Shown here: positions 61,138 through 64,000 of the stretch, piece by piece
How the letters are laid out: the number at the start of each line of letters is the position of its first letter
How positions within the stretch are numbered: position 1 is the first letter of the stretch
Origin: an uncultured Holophaga sp.
GTDB taxonomy: Bacteria > Acidobacteriota > Holophagae > Holophagales > Holophagaceae
Assembly (NCBI GenBank): GCA_963664825.1
Contig: OY761614.1
Span: forward strand, 1,088,001-1,152,000
Direction: 5' to 3'
DNA: 64,000 bases
Position numbers and translations under genes: made by a program
Notes under the pieces: generated by a model
What the model was told of the DNA's origin: nothing
Seen by the model: only the letters and a program-made list of their open reading frames with translations
Databases searched by the model: none

Positions 61138-61944
61138 TTGCGTGAACAGGATGCTTTGAATACATGGACGGCCGTGCAGGACATCAGGAGGCAGGCTCCG
61201 GTCATCCATAACATCACCAACTATGTGGTCATGAACACGACGGCCAATGCCCTCCTGGCCATCGGCGCCTCGCCCGTGATGGCTCATGCCGAGGAGGAAA
61301 TGGCCGACATGGTGGCCATCGCCTCCGCCCTGGTCATCAATATCGGCACCCTGAGCCAGCCCTGGGTCAAATCCATGTTAAAGGCCGCGGAACACGCCGC
61401 CCAGCGCGGCATTCCCATCGTGCTGGACCCGGTGGGGGCCGGGGCCACGCCCTACCGCACCCAGACCGCCCGGGAACTGGTGGCCGCCACCCGGCCCACC
61501 CTCATCCGGGGTAACGCCTCCGAGATCATGGCCCTCTGCGGCGACCTGGCCCATACCAAGGGCGTGGATAGCACGGAGGCGTCCAGTGACGCCTTGGAAG
61601 CCGCCCAGTCCCTCCAGGAGCGCCTCGGTTCATGCGTTTGCATCAGTGGGGAGACGGACTACATCGTCGGCAATGGAACGCTTGCCCGCATCCGGAACGG
61701 CCATCCCATGATGACCCGGGTGACGGGGCTGGGATGCACGGCCACGGCCCTTTGCGGAGCCTTCGCCGCTGTGACTTCGGATCCAGCGCGCGCCGCGACT
61801 CAGGCCATGGCCGTCATGGGCATCGCCGGAGAGATGGCCGCGGAGAAGGCCGAGGGGCCAGGCACGCTGCAATTGCACTTCCTGGACGCCCTCTACCGCT
61901 TGACCGAAGACGATATCCTGCGGCGCATGCGCCTGGAGGCCTAA
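61138..61944 (+). CDS. thiM: Hydroxyethylthiazole kinase (start 61129 or 61138)
   Basis: HNITNYVVMN..ANALLAIGASPVMA, INIGTL, LDPVGAGAT, IRGNASEI, VTGLGC. Confidence 0.96.
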   Translation: MREQDALNTWTAVQDIRRQAPVIHNITNYVVMNTTANALLAIGASPVMAHAEEEMADMVAIASALVINIGTLSQPWVKSMLKAAEHAAQRGIPIVLDPVGAGATPYRTQTARELVAATRPTLIRGNASEIMALCGDLAHTKGVDSTEASSDALEAAQSLQERLGSCVCISGETDYIVGNGTLARIRNGHPMMTRVTGLGCTATALCGAFAAVTSDPARAATQAMAVMGIAGEMAAEKAEGPGTLQLHFLDALYRLTEDDILRRMRLEA

Positions 61945-61945
61945 C

Positions 61946-62569
61946 ATGAGGGGCCTCTATCTGGTCACGGACCGCGGTCTCTGCGGCGAGCGTTCCTTGG
62001 AGGAGATCGTCGTGCAGGCGGTCCAAGGTGGGGTGGCCTGCGTGCAGCTCCGGGAGAAGGACCTTTCCACCCGGAGCTTCCTGGAGGAGGCGACCCGGAT
62101 CCAGGCCCTGCTTGCCTCCTTGAAGATTCCCCTGATCATCAACGACCGGGTGGACGTGGCCCTGGCGGTGGGGGCCGAGGGCGTCCATGTGGGCCAGAGC
62201 GACATGCCCTGCGAGCTCGTGCGGCGCCTCCTGGGCCCATCGGCGATCCTGGGGCTTTCCGTAGAGACCTGGGAAGACGTGGAACGGGCCCAGGATCAGC
62301 CCGTGGACTACCTGGGTGTGAGCCCCATCTTCGAGACCTCGACCAAGACCGATACCCGCGGCGCCTGGGGACTCGAAGGCCTGGCCCGCATCCGGGCCTA
62401 TTCCCGCCACCCCCTGGTGGCCATCGGGGGCCTGAACACATCCAATCTCGCGGACGTGGTGCGGGCTGGCGCCGAAGGCATCGCGGTGGTCTCGGCCATC
62501 TGCGCCGCCCCCGACCCGAGGCAGGCCGCACGGAGGCTCTCTCAAAGTTGGCCGGTCGTGCAAGGATAA
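61946..62569 (+). CDS. thiE: Thiamine-phosphate synthase
   Basis: LYLVTD, VQLREK, IINDRVD, GVHVGQSD, TSTK, VAIGG, AVVSAI. Confidence 0.96.
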   Translation: MRGLYLVTDRGLCGERSLEEIVVQAVQGGVACVQLREKDLSTRSFLEEATRIQALLASLKIPLIINDRVDVALAVGAEGVHVGQSDMPCELVRRLLGPSAILGLSVETWEDVERAQDQPVDYLGVSPIFETSTKTDTRGAWGLEGLARIRAYSRHPLVAIGGLNTSNLADVVRAGAEGIAVVSAICAAPDPRQAARRLSQSWPVVQG

Positions 62570-62633
62570 GCGCCTCCCACCTCGGGGATCCGAGCCCGAG
62601 CCGCATTCCGTGCAAGCCCATAGAGGAGCCTCC

Positions 62634-63245
62634 ATGACAGCAAGTGGCCATTTCGATGATGCGGCGGCGACCTGGGATCTGGCGGAACGCCGGGTGGCCC
62701 TGGCCCAGGCCGTGGCCGCAGCCATTGCGGCGCGGGTGGCCCTCTCTGGAGAGATGGCGGTAATGGATTTCGGCTGCGGCACGGGCCTGGTCACCCTGGC
62801 ATTGGCCCCAAGCGTCGGTTCCATCACGGGAGCCGATACCTCTTCGGCCATGCTGGCGACCCTGGAGGAAAAAGCCAAGGCCCAGGGGACACCCCTGTCT
62901 CTCTTGCTGCTGGAAGCCACGGCCACGCCCCCTCTGGGCGGCCCCTACGATCTGGTGGTGAGCAGCATGACCCTCCACCACGTCGATGATGTGGCGGCCC
63001 TATTCCACCAGTTCCATCAGCACCTTCGCCCCGGCGGGCGGATCGCCCTGGCCGATCTGGATGAGGAGGATGGCGGCTTCCATGGCGACACCATGAGCGT
63101 GCCCCATCGCGGATTTTCCAGGGCACAGATCCAGAACTGGCTGGAGGAGGCGAGTTTTCGGGAGATTCTCCTGGAGACCGCCACGGTGACCCGGAAGGAG
63201 GGGAAGGACTATCCAGTATTCCTGGCTTCGGCCCGGCGGATTTGA
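62634..63245 (+). CDS. Class I SAM-dependent methyltransferase
   Basis: FDDAAATWD, MDFGCGTG, SMTLHHV, LRPGG, DLDEEDGGFH. Confidence 0.9.
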   Translation: MTASGHFDDAAATWDLAERRVALAQAVAAAIAARVALSGEMAVMDFGCGTGLVTLALAPSVGSITGADTSSAMLATLEEKAKAQGTPLSLLLLEATATPPLGGPYDLVVSSMTLHHVDDVAALFHQFHQHLRPGGRIALADLDEEDGGFHGDTMSVPHRGFSRAQIQNWLEEASFREILLETATVTRKEGKDYPVFLASARRI

Positions 63246-63299
63246 CCTTACAATCTGCTGGATTTGTCCTTTCCGGTCATCGCGTTCTGAGGCCTAGAG

Positions 63300-64000
63300 A
63301 TGAACCCATCCCCCGAAAGCCCCTGGGCCGAAGCCCCGGATCCATTACGGGTCCCCTCCGATCTGGACCTGGCCTCCATCCTCGACCTGCCGGCGATCCA
63401 GGCCCTGATGGAGGACTTTCAGAAACTCACCCAGGCGGCCGTGGCCCTGCTGGACCTCAAGGGCCGGGTGCTGCTGGCCACGGGCTGGCAGGATGCCTGT
63501 ATGCAGTTTCACCGGGTCCACCCGGAGATGGCGCGAAACTGCACCGAGAGTGATCTCTTCCTGTCCGGGAACGGGAAACCCGGGCAGTACGTGGCCTACC
63601 CCTGCCGGAACGGCCTCTGGGATGTGGTGACACCCCTCATCATCGACGGGCTCCACATGGGAAACATCTACACCGGGCAGTTCTTCTATGACGACCAGGT
63701 GGTGGACCTCCAGGCTTTCGCAGCCGCCGCAGAGGCCCATGGCCTGGACCGAAATGCCTACCTGGAGGCCATTGCCAAGATCCCCAGGATCAGCCGAAAC
63801 CAGGTCAAGACGACCATGGACTTCCTGATGCACCTGACCACGCTGGCCGCCGAGCAGGGCCTCAGCGCGTGGCGGGCCCGTCAATTGGCGGTGGAACAGG
63901 CCAAGGCCCTGGAGGCCCTGGTGCGCTCCCAGGAAAGCTACAAGGCCCTGTTCGCCAGCGTCCTCCACGGCATCATCTACCAGGATCCCAGCGGCGCGAT
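63300..64000 (+). CDS. PocR-domain sensor protein, runs off the window end
   Basis: Not in the ORF track because it has no stop. Reads MNPSPE...GWQDACMQFHRVHPE..NCTESD..YPCRNGLWDVVTPL..GQFF, then a possible PAS start (SYKALF). Confidence 0.88.
   Translation, partial: MNPSPESPWAEAPDPLRVPSDLDLASILDLPAIQALMEDFQKLTQAAVALLDLKGRVLLATGWQDACMQFHRVHPEMARNCTESDLFLSGNGKPGQYVAYPCRNGLWDVVTPLIIDGLHMGNIYTGQFFYDDQVVDLQAFAAAAEAHGLDRNAYLEAIAKIPRISRNQVKTTMDFLMHLTTLAAEQGLSAWRARQLAVEQAKALEALVRSQESYKALFASVLHGIIYQDPSGA

Overview
GC-rich bacterial chromosomal window. Gene content and rRNA style suggest Acidobacteriota/Holophagae (Geothrix/Holophaga-like); this placement is an inference and was not searched. About 1-45 kb is mostly core genome: nadA, a two-component pair, modABC, a Ser/Thr kinase, an EF-P-like gene with rsgA, a stand-alone nuoG-like gene, purH, alaS, a hybrid kinase and two tandem near-identical M4 metalloproteases. 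A minus-strand block follows, reading 16S-tRNA-Ala-tRNA-Ile-23S-5S, thrS-infC-rpmI-rplT-pheST-zapBA-6S RNA-rny, then galU, mnmG and pssA. About 45-61 kb is an accessory sulfur/metal-cluster region. It holds an ArsR-TolC-MFP-RND-DUF2892 operon whose RND gene carries two apparent in-frame hairpin insertions, DUF134, and an Lrp regulator with a PLP trans-sulfuration lyase. It also holds a cysteine desulfidase transcribed divergently from an Orange-protein (ORP)-like operon, with a repeated TGnGCATATGCnCA palindrome between them. The window ends with thiM-thiE, a methyltransferase and a truncated PocR sensor. No CRISPR array, transposase or phage gene was seen. All family assignments come from motif recognition, not database searches.
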